From Okamejei kenojei (taxonomy: Eukaryota): DNA of 64,000 nucleotides. The stretch is taken from the NCBI GenBank assembly GCA_035221665.1, contig CM069134.1:89466001-89530000 (forward strand), written 5' to 3'. Position numbers and translations under genes: made by a program. Shown piece by piece: positions 12,501 to 23,695 of the stretch (positions within the stretch are counted from its first letter, which is position 1; each line of letters opens with the position of its first letter). The notes under the pieces are model-generated. The model saw only the letters and a list, made by a program, of their open reading frames with translations, did not search any database and was not told where the DNA came from.

Positions 12501-13769
12501 TAGTTGGCAAAACAAACTGAGAGGAGATGGGAAGGAACACTTTACATACATTAGGTTGTAGCCTTTCACTGTTGAAAGGCAAATGGAAATACATTTCATA
12601 GTCACTTGCAAAAAGAATTGGATGAGTAATTGAAAAATAAAATGTTGTACAGTGAGTATATGAGGGACTGAGATAAGGTAAAGATTAGGACGCTTTTTAA
12701 CACAGCTTGGGTGTCTAAAGCAAAGAGATTAGAAGTTTATGTTAAGGGATAAAACGTTTAGAAGAGATCTAAAGGATTTTCTTTCACCCGATAAGTGGTT
12801 GGAATCTCGAGTGCACTGCTAAGATCGGTTTAGTGAGTACATACATAATGGTCAACATGGACATGGTGGACTGTGGGCCCTGTTTCTCTGCTATATGATT
12901 CCATGAAGGGTGAGAGTAGGAATAATTGTATCGATGTTTCAGTGACATGGCACAGGCAAGATGGACCACATTGCCATCTTTGTGCTTGAGAATTTTATCA
13001 GACAAAAGTAACCGCTCATATGTTGCCACATTTCACCAATTTAGGTGTTATAACATTTGGCACAACATTTATCCGCCTGATCCTTGAATTCTGCACGACA
13101 TTTATTTTGCAACATGATTGCAACCAAATGTAATGCCGCTGAAAGGTATTACCAATGCATTTTAATAATTGTTGTTTTATCAACTGTGGTAAATTCTATA
13201 TACCAAGGAGAGAATTGTAGTAATGCAATTTCAAGATTCCAAAAAGGGTTTCAAAACCATTTGACCTCATCTGAATCTCTCAGTTGGTTTACAGCGTGGA
13301 AACTCTCTTCCGATTGCCTTTTATTTTGTATGTCACTGTTCAACAGAGAGACGGAGCTCTTTCCTGATGAATTAAATAAAGCAGCAAAGTGCTTTCTTTC
13401 AGCAGAAGATAAGGGTGAATTTGAAAACATTCAGTAAGAGATTTTATTAACTGAAACCTTATTAAAGAAGTATTGGTTGAAAATAATGTGATATTGTTTC
13501 CTGGTAAAGCAATATAATGCTTATTACCAAATGCTCTATCCCATAATTTCTCAAAATATTTTAATTGTCTGAGTTAAGGTTATTTGAAAAATAAAAACTC
13601 GCACATCCCTGACTTCTTCCGCAATCCGGGTATCCATAAACAGTTCCCATGTTTCCTTAACACTGAAGGAGGCCATTCTGCCAAGCCGGGATGGGAATGT
13701 GCTTCAGGCTCCCTAAGCAATCATATCCCCCCCCACTAATTTTTTCCTGTAAACTATTCTCCCTATAAG

Positions 13770-13965
13770 TCAACTGCCCATCTTCACCCGAGGCAATATA
13801 CAATGACCAATTAACCTATAAACCAGCAAATCTTTAGGATTTGTAAGGAAAGACATCCACATTAGCACAGGGAGGACATGCAAACTCCACACAGACAGCA
13901 ACAAAAGATTATATTGGCCCAGGTCATTTGAGCTGTGAGGCTGCAGCCCAACCAGTTGCATGACC
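13770..13965 (-). mobile_element. Degraded tRNA-derived SINE
   Basis: ccaattaaccta...cacagggaggacatgcaaactccacacagacagca...gagctgtgaggctgcagc. Confidence 0.7.
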
Positions 13966-14739
13966 GTACCAACTCCAACCTACTTGCAAACCATGGTTAT
14001 CATTGTAATGCAGAAAGGAGCAGCATCTGATTTGGAAACGGGCCACCCCCTTATCTAACGGTGAGATTAGGGTCAGTAATCTGTCCAAAGGCATTAATGG
14101 ATACAATAATTAGCATGCTTTCAATTTTTCTTTGAATAAGGCTGAACATACATGTCAGAGCAGAAGAAACCTTGGTTTAGTCTTTCCATTTATTATTTTC
14201 GCATTTTGGATTACTCAGTAACAAAACTAATCTTTGATTACCTTCTTGATTATTAGTCACTGAACTTTGTCTCTGCCATTTCTGGTGCACATAGGCATGG
14301 TACTATACTTTTAACTCTTCGTTAGAAATACAGAGCTGCTTACCTTTCAGAAAACTATCTTGTCATCTTTTCAAGCCTGAAAACCAATGTGTTAGCCTGA
14401 AGGCGACCAATGTAGAAATTTGTCCTCTCTTACATGCACATTGCACATTTTAACTTTGCTTTGAACGTACTCTAAAATACAGTTGCAGTGACTTAATTGA
14501 AAGTAATATTCAGAAGCAGAGTTCATCGCCAGCAATGTGCATTTTATTCATACCACTGAAGACAAACAAATGCCCATGTATTATTTTGCACAAAAAGTGT
14601 GCATTAAAACAACATTAATTCGCAAATTATGTTATATTTGGGTTGTGGTGTTGCATTTAAAAAAAGTCAAGCTGGAGAAAGATCTTTACAGTGTGCGATC
14701 GGTACCTAGGGAAGAGGAAGAGGAGGCTAGGAGTACAAG

Positions 14740-15375
14740 TGCATGGTTCGTTAAAGTAGTGTCACAAGTAGACAGTGTTTTGAAGAAGCATTTGGCAGCA
14801 GGCCTTGGGTTAGGGCATTGAGTACAGGAGTTGGGATGGTATGTTGTAGATATACAAGGTGTTGGTGAAGCCACACTTAAAGTATTGTGCACAGTTTTGG
14901 TTAACATGTTGCAGAAACGGGCACCGGAAAACTGTAAAGGGCGTAGAGAAAATTTACGAGATCGTTGCCGAGACTCAAAGACTCGAGTTATAGTGAAAAT
15001 TTGGTCAGGCTAGGCCTTTATTCCCTGAGGGACAAGGGACTGAGGAGGTGATTGTACAGCGGTGCACAAAATCATGAGTATCATAGATAAGGTGAATGCA
15101 CACAGCTTTCTTCCCCAGGGAAGGGGAATAAAGAACTAGAGGGCATAGGTTTAAGGGGAAAGATTTAAACGGGACCCGAGGGGCAAATTCTTCAGAGAGT
15201 GGGTGGTATGTCTATGGAATAAGTGGCCAGGCAAAGTGGTTAAGACATGTACAGAAGCATGGATCAAAAAGGTTTAGAGGGATATGGGCCAGGTGCGGGC
15301 AAATGGGATTAGTTCAGATGGGCATGTTAGTCAGCATGGGTGTGCAGTCCAAAGGGCCTATTTCCGTGGTATAGC
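14740..15375 (+). mobile_element. Degraded CR1 LINE 3' portion
   Basis: gagtacaggagttggga..gagtattgtgcacagttttgg..agaactagagggcataggtttaagg..aagggcctatttcc. Confidence 0.75.
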
Positions 15376-16149
15376 ATCAATAATCAACACACATAATAAT
15401 ATGAGCAGTTTTTTGTCAATATATTTAATAAATGCATTTGTGAATCAACTTCAGTATTGTGGCCTCTCAGCCATCAAAATGTGTTTCCTTAAAATTGCAT
15501 GTGCCAGATATCAAAAACAATGACTTCTGATATCCCTTCCCCAGGGGGAGATCACAAAGCTCTGATTCAGTGCAGCTAGGTTCAAAAATACTGAAGGAGA
15601 AAACTTTGAATAGCAGTTTTGTATTAAGTCATTCTTAAAAGGAGACTTGAATTTACACCACAAAACATCACAGTGAACAGATTTTCAATTATTGCTATTG
15701 TGACATATTTAAGTAAAAAGCAAATCTATTGCTCAATCTGAAACTCTCCTAGAAACATGCCCAGGCTCATCGAAATGCATACAGTTATCTGCACAGTGTT
15801 ATCCGTGGATTGTGTGCTGACTATAGTCCAGTTAGTCATTAGCTTTGCAGAGATCTTTCAATTTTTGTACATATTGATCACCCATGAAGGACACGCTGCC
15901 TCGGTGCTCTCTCCTTTATAGTGATGGCCCCAGTGGATTTTATGAGCTTCTTACCAGGAGGACTAGCTCACAGCCGGTTCCCAGACTTCGGCTAATGGTC
16001 TTTACTGCTGGCTGCTGTGAGGTGGAGTCATGACAACGTGACAGCAGTTTCATTAATCTGATATCGCATCCCTGCAGGGACACCGCAAGGCTTTGATTCA
16101 GCTTGGCATGTAGAGGGTCATCATTTGTTCAATGTGGAAAAGCACCATA

Positions 16150-16440
16150 CCCACACGCACACAATCGAACAAGACAGGCTGGGTGGCAAGGAACAGCAAC
16201 CTTGATTGATTTCCTTTATTCCCCACTCCACAACCCAGCTAGAAGGACCAGGGCACTGTAAGCTTTGAAACACCATCGCCTGGAAGTTGCCCTCCCTAAC
16301 AGCATCGTGAGTGTGCTGACATCTTGAATCACTACAGTGATTCAAGATGTCAGCACACCACAACCTTCTCAAGGTCAATTAGGGGATGGAGGATTAAATG
16401 CTGACTCAGCTGGCTCGGCCCTCATCCCTTGGATGAATAA
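16150..16440 (+). mobile_element. Old CR1/L2-group LINE 3' end
   Basis: ctagaaggaccagggc..ctccctaacagc..accttctcaaggtcaattagggatgg..taaatgctg. The same tail occurs at about 52760-52790. Confidence 0.55.
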
Positions 16441-16449
16441 AGTAAAATT

Positions 16450-16900
16450 TCCGCCTCTCCCACCCTCCTCCCACTGGATCCCTTCCCATCCCTCCACTGC
16501 TCACCCCTCGCCTCTCTCTTGCTTCCATCTGCCACCACCCGTCATCCAGTTCCATTTTTCCTCTCCCTTTTCACTCAGGTTCCAGAATCTATAGCCTTTT
16601 GTTCTCTGCTTATTTCATCCCCCCCCCCCCCCCCCCCCCCCCCCCCACCTCTGTAACTTTCTCCACCCTTCTTCCTCCACCTGACCAACCATCATCTGTA
16701 TCCATCTATCCCATTCTAGCACTTCTCCCACCGCTTCCTCTACCTCTTTATACTGGCTATTTTCCCTCTACTCTGTCAGTCTAGATGAAGGGTCACTAAT
16801 CAAAACATGTGCTGTCCTTTCCTCCACACAGGCTGCCTGACCCACTGAGTTCCTCCAACTGCTGGCCTTTTTTTTTGCTACAGATTCCACCATCACCCGT
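16450..16900 (+). mobile_element. Penelope-like 3' UTR plus terminus, degraded, containing a poly-C run
   Basis: Pyrimidine-rich UTR followed by gtcagtctagatgaagggtc..aaaacatg..gctgcctgacccactgagttcctcca. Confidence 0.65.
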
Positions 16901-17739
16901 AGTCTAAAAAAGTTATTGTTTCTCATTTGTTTAACATTGAGTTACCAAGACAGGAGGCAGATGAATCAATGTTTCCTGAAATTAAAGAAACATGAGCAGG
17001 AATAGGCCATAGATTTGCCCAGTCTGTTCGCTTTCAGTAAAATTCGAACTCACTTTCTACATCTGCATTGTCTTGATAATTTAAGTGACCAAAACTTTCA
17101 CTTTGAATACACTCAACAGCCACCCTCACAGATGAAGAATTTCCAAATTCCAATACCTCCAATTAACTAAATTTCCCATCATCTTGGTTCTCAATGCTGC
17201 CTGATGTTCCTGGAACCATGCTCTCCAAGACTTGATACTCCGGCCACAACAATTTAGCACCTGTCCTGCCAATCACTCACAGAATCTTATACATTTCAAT
17301 GCCATCACTTCGCCTTCCCTAGCACTCCAGAGGGTTTGGGCCAATCTCACTCGCAAGACAGTTCTTCAAGCAAGTAGGTTAATTGGCAACTATCATTGTG
17401 TCTCGTGGGCAAGGTAGAATCTGGAGGAAGTTGGTCTAAATGTGGGGAAAATAAAATAGGATTAATGTAAATGGGTGCTTGAATCAGTCCAAACTTGATG
17501 GGTTAAAGGGGCTGTTTAATTGCCTCTAATGGCAATCAGCAATGTTTTACAATTGGAGGAAAACACATGATATAGTTGCAAGCAATTATCAATCAATTAA
17601 TCCAGTGAATCTTCACTGCACCACCTCCTAAGGCAAACATATTAATATTTAATTTTTTTAAAACCTCAACTTAAATAGCATCTTTCATATTGTTTTCAGA
17701 AAGTGCGAGAGCCCAATGGAGCAATTTTGATATGTAGCC

Positions 17740-18035
17740 ATTGTTATCATGGAGAAAATGACAGCAGATAGATTGGCCACATGAAAAGCCAAGTGTTTCC
17801 GATTAGGTACTCTACTGGGTGAGTGATAAAGACTTGCCATTATCACTGTGGATAACCCCACTGTTCTTCTTCAAAGCATTATTGTGGGGTCTTTTATCTC
17901 CATATGAGAGCACAGGAAGCCTTGCTTTAATTTTTCAGCTCAAAGAGTGCTCCCAAAACCATGGAGCTCTGACCCAGTACCAAAGTTATGTGCTCTCGTC
18001 ACAGCCCTGAGACTTAAACCCAAAGGCTTTCAACA
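17740..18035 (-). mobile_element. Ancient Deu-domain SINE-like relic
   Basis: ctgttcttcttcaaag..gggtcttttatctcca..gagagcacagg..ccttgctttaatttt resembles the reverse complement of the 10085 element. Confidence 0.5.
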
Positions 18036-19766
18036 GAATGGTAAGAATTATTTTAACTGTGCAAAAACTACACCAAGGCAATATTTGGTGCATAGAACAA
18101 AACTTTGAGAGTGGCCCTGGCTGAGATCACCTTGTGCACCATTGGACCAGATCTGGCTGCAGGGACTAATTCCTGTGCACAAGATGGGAAGGTTATATTG
18201 AGTCTCTCCACGATCAAGCAAGCCAAGTAGCATTACCCATTGCCGATCAAGCAGCCTACTGTCAAAAGAGAAAAGCAAATACACACTACACCACCGGTGA
18301 GCTAACCCCATAATTACAATGGCACTACACTGCCCTCACCAACTGGACAGCTGAAGGAAAACCTTTCCTTGTACAAAATGCAGCAAAACACCAACAGGTT
18401 TACATTTTCTTTTATTTTAGACAGGTTCAATGCCAACCAATATTGCAGAATAGTTGAATGTGGATAAAATAATAAATGACCTCAATTGGCACAATGGTAC
18501 CTAATAATACTGTGATAATAAACAAAAGTAAACTTTAACTTGGCTTATAAATCTGCTTAGTTGATCAGGTGCCCATTAGAATTCTATTTCTTAAATTTCA
18601 TGCATTGTTTAGCACATTGGTAGCAGGATCAGTCCAGAGAAGTGACAACATACAGTGGCAATTAAGCACGTGTAACCAATTTGTAATTTTCCTTTTCCTG
18701 GCACAAACAATCACTAAGACATTACTTGAGCACAGATAAGTCGATGTTCGAGAATTCTCTTGTAAAAAATAGGTATCAAACTGCCTTGAATGTTGACTAA
18801 CTCAGTGTTTTAAGGCACTTTATTGGAATGCAAGGGTATAAAAGACTGAAGGCAGTGTATAAATATATATGAAGGTCTCATTGAGGATCATAAAAATATT
18901 TTGCAGCCAAAATAAGTCTAAATTCTGGCACTTTTCACAACAGTGATGGTTTCAGTTTTGTTCAGTGGAGAAATTACCTCACATAATATGGCCTTCTGTT
19001 ATTCAAAGTTTTAATGGATTGGGTCTATATCAACAACTTTTAATAGATACAGCACAGTCTTTGTTTTTTTTTTACAAGTAGCACAGGAAATAATTAATTT
19101 AGCTAAATTCCACAGAGCTCTGAAAGGTACAGCGCCCTCGTTAATGCTTCAGGGTGCATTGCTCTCCAGGTTTCTGAAGCAACTAAAGATACGGTCATTG
19201 ATTTAAGACAATATATAGACTAGCATTAAATCTATACTGCCTTGATGCTGTATAAAGATAATAAATCTGGTCAGACCAACGCCATATTTGAGTAACAGAG
19301 GACCAGTTTGTCCTGTCAGGTACTGATTTGAGCCAGAAAGGTTACAGATTAGTTTGGTCATGTCAAGTGAACTGACAAAGACTTCTCTAATTCTGTTGGA
19401 AATGAGGAAACCTGATGGCAAAGGGGAAGCCTAATGAGTCCATCAAAGGCTTGATTTGTACGCAACAGACAAGGCAGCTGTGAATTGTATGAAAATATTG
19501 GAAATCAATAACTTCTATGGAATTTCATTAAGCAGCGGTATCCACAATTGATAGGGTTTCATAATTTGATGGATTGTGCAAAGAAAATGATTAGCTAGGC
19601 AGAATGAGTGATAGAATACGCACAGAGGGACCTGAGATGTATTGAAGTGAGGTAATTTGTACAAAATAAAAAAATATTGATTTTAGTTATGTGCAAAAAC
19701 TTGAAATTGGAGGGAGGGGTTGTCCGGTAAGTCATTGCTTGATGTGTCCCTTTCATTTCCTTGTAG

Positions 19767-22700
19767 TCCCAAGGGAAGGACCGGATGATGCTGATAGTGG
19801 GAATGAAAGTAGAAGTGGAAGTGAAGAAACGCACATCTGTGAGAAATGCTGTGCAGAATTCTTCAAGTGGTCTGACTTCATGGAGCATCAGAAGAACTGC
19901 ACAAAGAACCCGCTCGTCTTAATCGTCAACGACGAGGAGGCAGCGCGCTCAGAGGATTTGCCCGAGGCTTCCCCTGCCAGCAGCCCGAGCGACCAAGTGG
20001 AGAGCGAAGCTGGTGAGGACAATGTTCCGTTAGAGGGGAATGACTGCTCTGAGGTAAAGAGTACCGAGCAAGAGGAGCCGATGGAGGTGGACGCATCCAC
20101 TGACAAAGGTTACCAGAATCAAGGAGCCACTGGCACTGCTACTTTGCTACCTCAGATCTCCGAATCATCTTCCATGACCAGTTATAACATGCCAAACACT
20201 AACGTGACTTTAGAGACTTTGCAGAGCACAAAGGTGGCAGTGGCACAGTTTTCACAAGACACCCGGTCTAACAGCCCCACTTCAATTCATACAATACCCA
20301 CCATGGCTATTCCTATGATTCTAGAGCAGTTAGTGGCTCTGCAGCAGCAGCAGCTGCACCAGCTTCAACTCATTGAACAAATCCGGAACCAGGTAGCGAT
20401 GATGAACCCGCAGACAATGCTCCCTCTAAACCCTTCTGCATCCTCCCAGGTTACACCAGTATCTGCTGCTAGCCAGCACGCCTCCTTCAGTGACCATTCT
20501 TCTAACCCCTTGTCAGGCGTCATTTCAGCCTCGGGCACAGTGCAGGCGCCCAACGTCCACACTTCAGCTTTCGATGCCTCCCAGAAAATCGGTCCGCCCA
20601 CCTCGGGGGCTAGTACTCCTGTTCTACCCAGTGGTGGATCACCGCGATTGGAGTCCACTTTGCCTCCATCCACAAGTGGAATTGCATCTTCCCTGACTCC
20701 AAGTTCCAGTGCAAACACAGATAACTCTTCCTCCCAATTGCAGTATTCAACGTCATCTCTTGCACACGGTAGTCTCCTCAGTCCATCTTCCAGCATGCCT
20801 AATCCACTGCTACCTCAGAATTCCTCAAGTGGTGTGATATTCCCAAACCCCTTGGTCAGCATTGCTGCCACAACCAATGCCCTGGACCCACTGGCTGCCC
20901 TTATGAAGCATCGGAAAGGGAAACCACCCAATGTGTCTGTGTTCGACCCTAAAACAAGTTCAGAAGATCCTTTTTTCAAGCATAAGTGTAGGTTTTGTGC
21001 TAAGGTCTTCGGGAGTGACAGTGCATTACAGATTCACCTTCGTTCTCACACTGGGGAGAGACCATTCAAGTGTAATATTTGCGGAAACCGGTTTTCCACC
21101 AAAGGTAATCTCAAAGTACACTTCCAGAGGCATAAAGAAAAATACCCTCACATCCAGATGAATCCATATCCAGTACCCGAATACCTGGATAATGTACCCA
21201 CTAGCAGTGGTATTCCATACGGGATGTCCTTGCCACCTGAAAAGCCAGTGACAACCTGGCTGGACACCAAACCTGTGCTGTCAACCATACCAACATCAGT
21301 TGGATTACAGTTGCCTCCAACTCTATCAAGTATTACAAGTGAGTCCCCAACAGTGACTCCATTAAGCAGGTCACCCCAAAGACCATCACCTCCATCCAGC
21401 GAATGTGCTTCTTTGTCACCAAACATGAACAAGAATGATTCTAGCATTCCAATAACTGCAGAGTCTCCACAGTCAGTTTCTGGCAGTACTATCGTTTCCA
21501 TGGTCCAAGGTTCAAATGCATCAGCTTCAGGTTTCAAGGTGGTAGAAGGCTGTGCATCCACGCAGTCCATCTCCTCAGCTGCGTGCTCCACCACCTTTTC
21601 TACATGTGGAGAGAGTGAAGTGAACAGCGTTCCCACAACCCTTCCCAGTCCTCTGCTCCCCATTATATCTGATCAGTTCAAGGCAAAGTTTCCCTTTGGC
21701 GGTCTGCTGGATTCTATGCAAACATCTGAGACCTCAAAACTGCAACAGTTGGTGGAGAACATAGACAAAAAGATGACAGACCCCAACCAGTGTGTTATCT
21801 GTCACCGTGTACTCAGTTGTCAGAGTGCTCTGAAAATGCATTACCGCACACACACAGGCGAGAGGCCATTTAAGTGTAAGATCTGTGGACGCGCCTTTAC
21901 CACCAAGGGGAACTTAAAGACACACTTCGGAGTTCACCGTGCAAAGCCACCCCTTCGAGTACAGCATTCTTGTCCCATTTGCCAGAAGAAATTTACAAAT
22001 GCTGTAGTCTTACAGCAGCATATCCGAATGCACATGGGGGGACAGATTCCCAACACTCCATTGCCAGAAGATTTCTCAGATAGCCTGGACAGAGACTTAT
22101 CTTGTGATGAAATGAATGCAGAACTAATGAGCGACTATCCTGACGATGAAATGATGGATGAAAATTCAATGGACGAGGAGGCAGAATTAAACATTGCCAC
22201 GATGGAGTCTTCAAAACAGTTGTTCTGCTACTCTGGTTCATCACCAAACTCACCGCCTTCGGTGATTTCCAACATTGCCGCACTGGAGAATCAGATGAAG
22301 ATAATAGATTGTGCTTTGGGCACACAGCAGCGATCCAACGTGAAATCTGTTGAAAACGGATCCATGGAAAGCGATCGCTTAACAAATGACTCTTCCTCTG
22401 CTGTGGGTGATCTGGAAAGTCAAAGTGCTGGTAGCCCTGCACTGTCTGAGTGCTCTTCTTCAATGCAGGCATTGTCGCCCGTACCCAGCAATGCTGGGAG
22501 TCAAACGTCAAAGTCACCAGGCTTTGGCAACCATGAAGAGCCACATGAAACACCGGTGAAACTAGAAAAAGTGGAATGTCCATCAACTCAACGGGAGAAT
22601 GGAGGTGCACTTGATCTGACAGCCACCAACCTGAGCCGGCCGATCATCAAAGAAGAGGCTTTTAGTATGCTGTTCCCCAACCAAGAATGTGGTAAGTTGA

Positions 22701-23248
22701 AAAGTACTGTTTGTAGTATCTGTGGGAAACCTTTTGCTTGTAAAAGTGCGTTGGAAATTCACTACCGCAGCCATACTAAAGAGCGTCCATTCCTTTGCAC
22801 AATCTGCAATCGTGGTTGCTCCACTATGGGTAATTTAAAACAGCACTTACTGACTCACAAGATGAAAGAACTTCCTTCTCAGTTATTTGAACCCAACTCC
22901 ACTCTAGGTCCCACCCAAAGTACTCCTAGCCTGGTCACCAGCACTGCACCAACCGTGGTCAAAATGGAAGTCAATGGTCACAGCAAGCCGATCTCCCTAG
23001 GTGATGGCACGCAGGTTCCAGTTGGTATACAGGCTCCATCTGCACCACAGACAGCTCTGAGTCCAGGTATGACACCCATTCTGGCACCACCACCTCGTCG
23101 GACTCCCAAGCAGCATAACTGTCCGTCCTGTGGGAAGACCTTTTCTTCTGCAAGTGCTCTTCAGATCCATGAGCGCACTCACACTGGTGAAAAGCCTTTT
23201 GGCTGCACAATCTGTGGCAGAGCTTTTACAACAAAAGGGAATCTTAAG
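19767..23248 (+). CDS. SALL3: Sal-like protein 3, large coding exon 2 (C2HC finger, Q-rich region, C2H2 zinc-finger clusters 1-3 and most of cluster 4)
   Basis: ORF 19691-23263. Acceptor ttcatttccttgtAG ends at 19766 (phase 1); donor AAG|GTAAGA starts at 23249 (phase 0). The peptide [31 protein letters not shown]...[10 protein letters not shown] resembles the SALL3 N-terminus. Also [16 protein letters not shown] and double C2H2 fingers with the SAL box F(T/S)TKGNLK. Confidence 0.96.
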
Positions 23249-23409
23249 GTAAGATCATTTTGATGTATAAATTAGTGATAAGAATGTATTGACTGTTTTT
23301 CTTTTAACCATGAATCTGCAAATATAAATGTGATGAATGGTTGAAAATAGTGACCATGTTGCAGCTATTGTTTGTCTTCACTTTGAGATTCTAGTCTTCA
23401 TACAGTGTC

Positions 23410-23695
23410 AGTCACACACAGACACACNNNNNNNNNNNNNNNNNNNNNNNNNNNNNNNNNNNNNNNNNNNNNNNNNNNNNNNNNNNNNNNNNNNNNNNNN
23501 NNNNNNNNNNNNNNNNNNNNNNNNNNNNNNNNNNNNNNNNNNNNNNNNNNNNNNNNNNAGACAAACACACTCACAGACAGACAAACACACTCACAGACAG
23601 ACAGATACACTCACATACAGACACAGACAGACATACTCACACACAGACATCCACACACCACATTACAGCCTTACACCAACACAGTAACATACACA
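23410..23695. repeat. (CA)/(CAGA)-rich microsatellite spanning an assembly gap
   Basis: Degenerate cacacagacaga repeats on both sides of an N run at 23428-23558. Confidence 0.95.

Noticed and set aside
19691-19766. In-frame N-terminal extension of the 1190-aa ORF (MQKLEIGG...)
   Set aside because: It starts at GTG and runs through the polypyrimidine tract and AG acceptor, so it is intronic. The real N-terminus should come from an upstream exon 1.
1-19766. Search for SALL3 exon 1 (MSRRKQxKP) and its promoter
   Set aside because: I found no such codons and no CpG island by eye. It is probably upstream of the window, though a short exon could have been missed.
22692-22882. Alternative exitron acceptor cttccttctcAG at 22881-22882
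   Set aside because: It gives a 191-nt excision and a frameshift. The in-frame AG at 22907 is the more plausible partner, though use of this one cannot be excluded.
19888-23210. Antisense and alternate-frame ORFs over SALL3 exon 2 (up to 205 aa)
   Set aside because: Shadow ORFs of a Ser/Pro-rich coding sequence with no recognisable domains.
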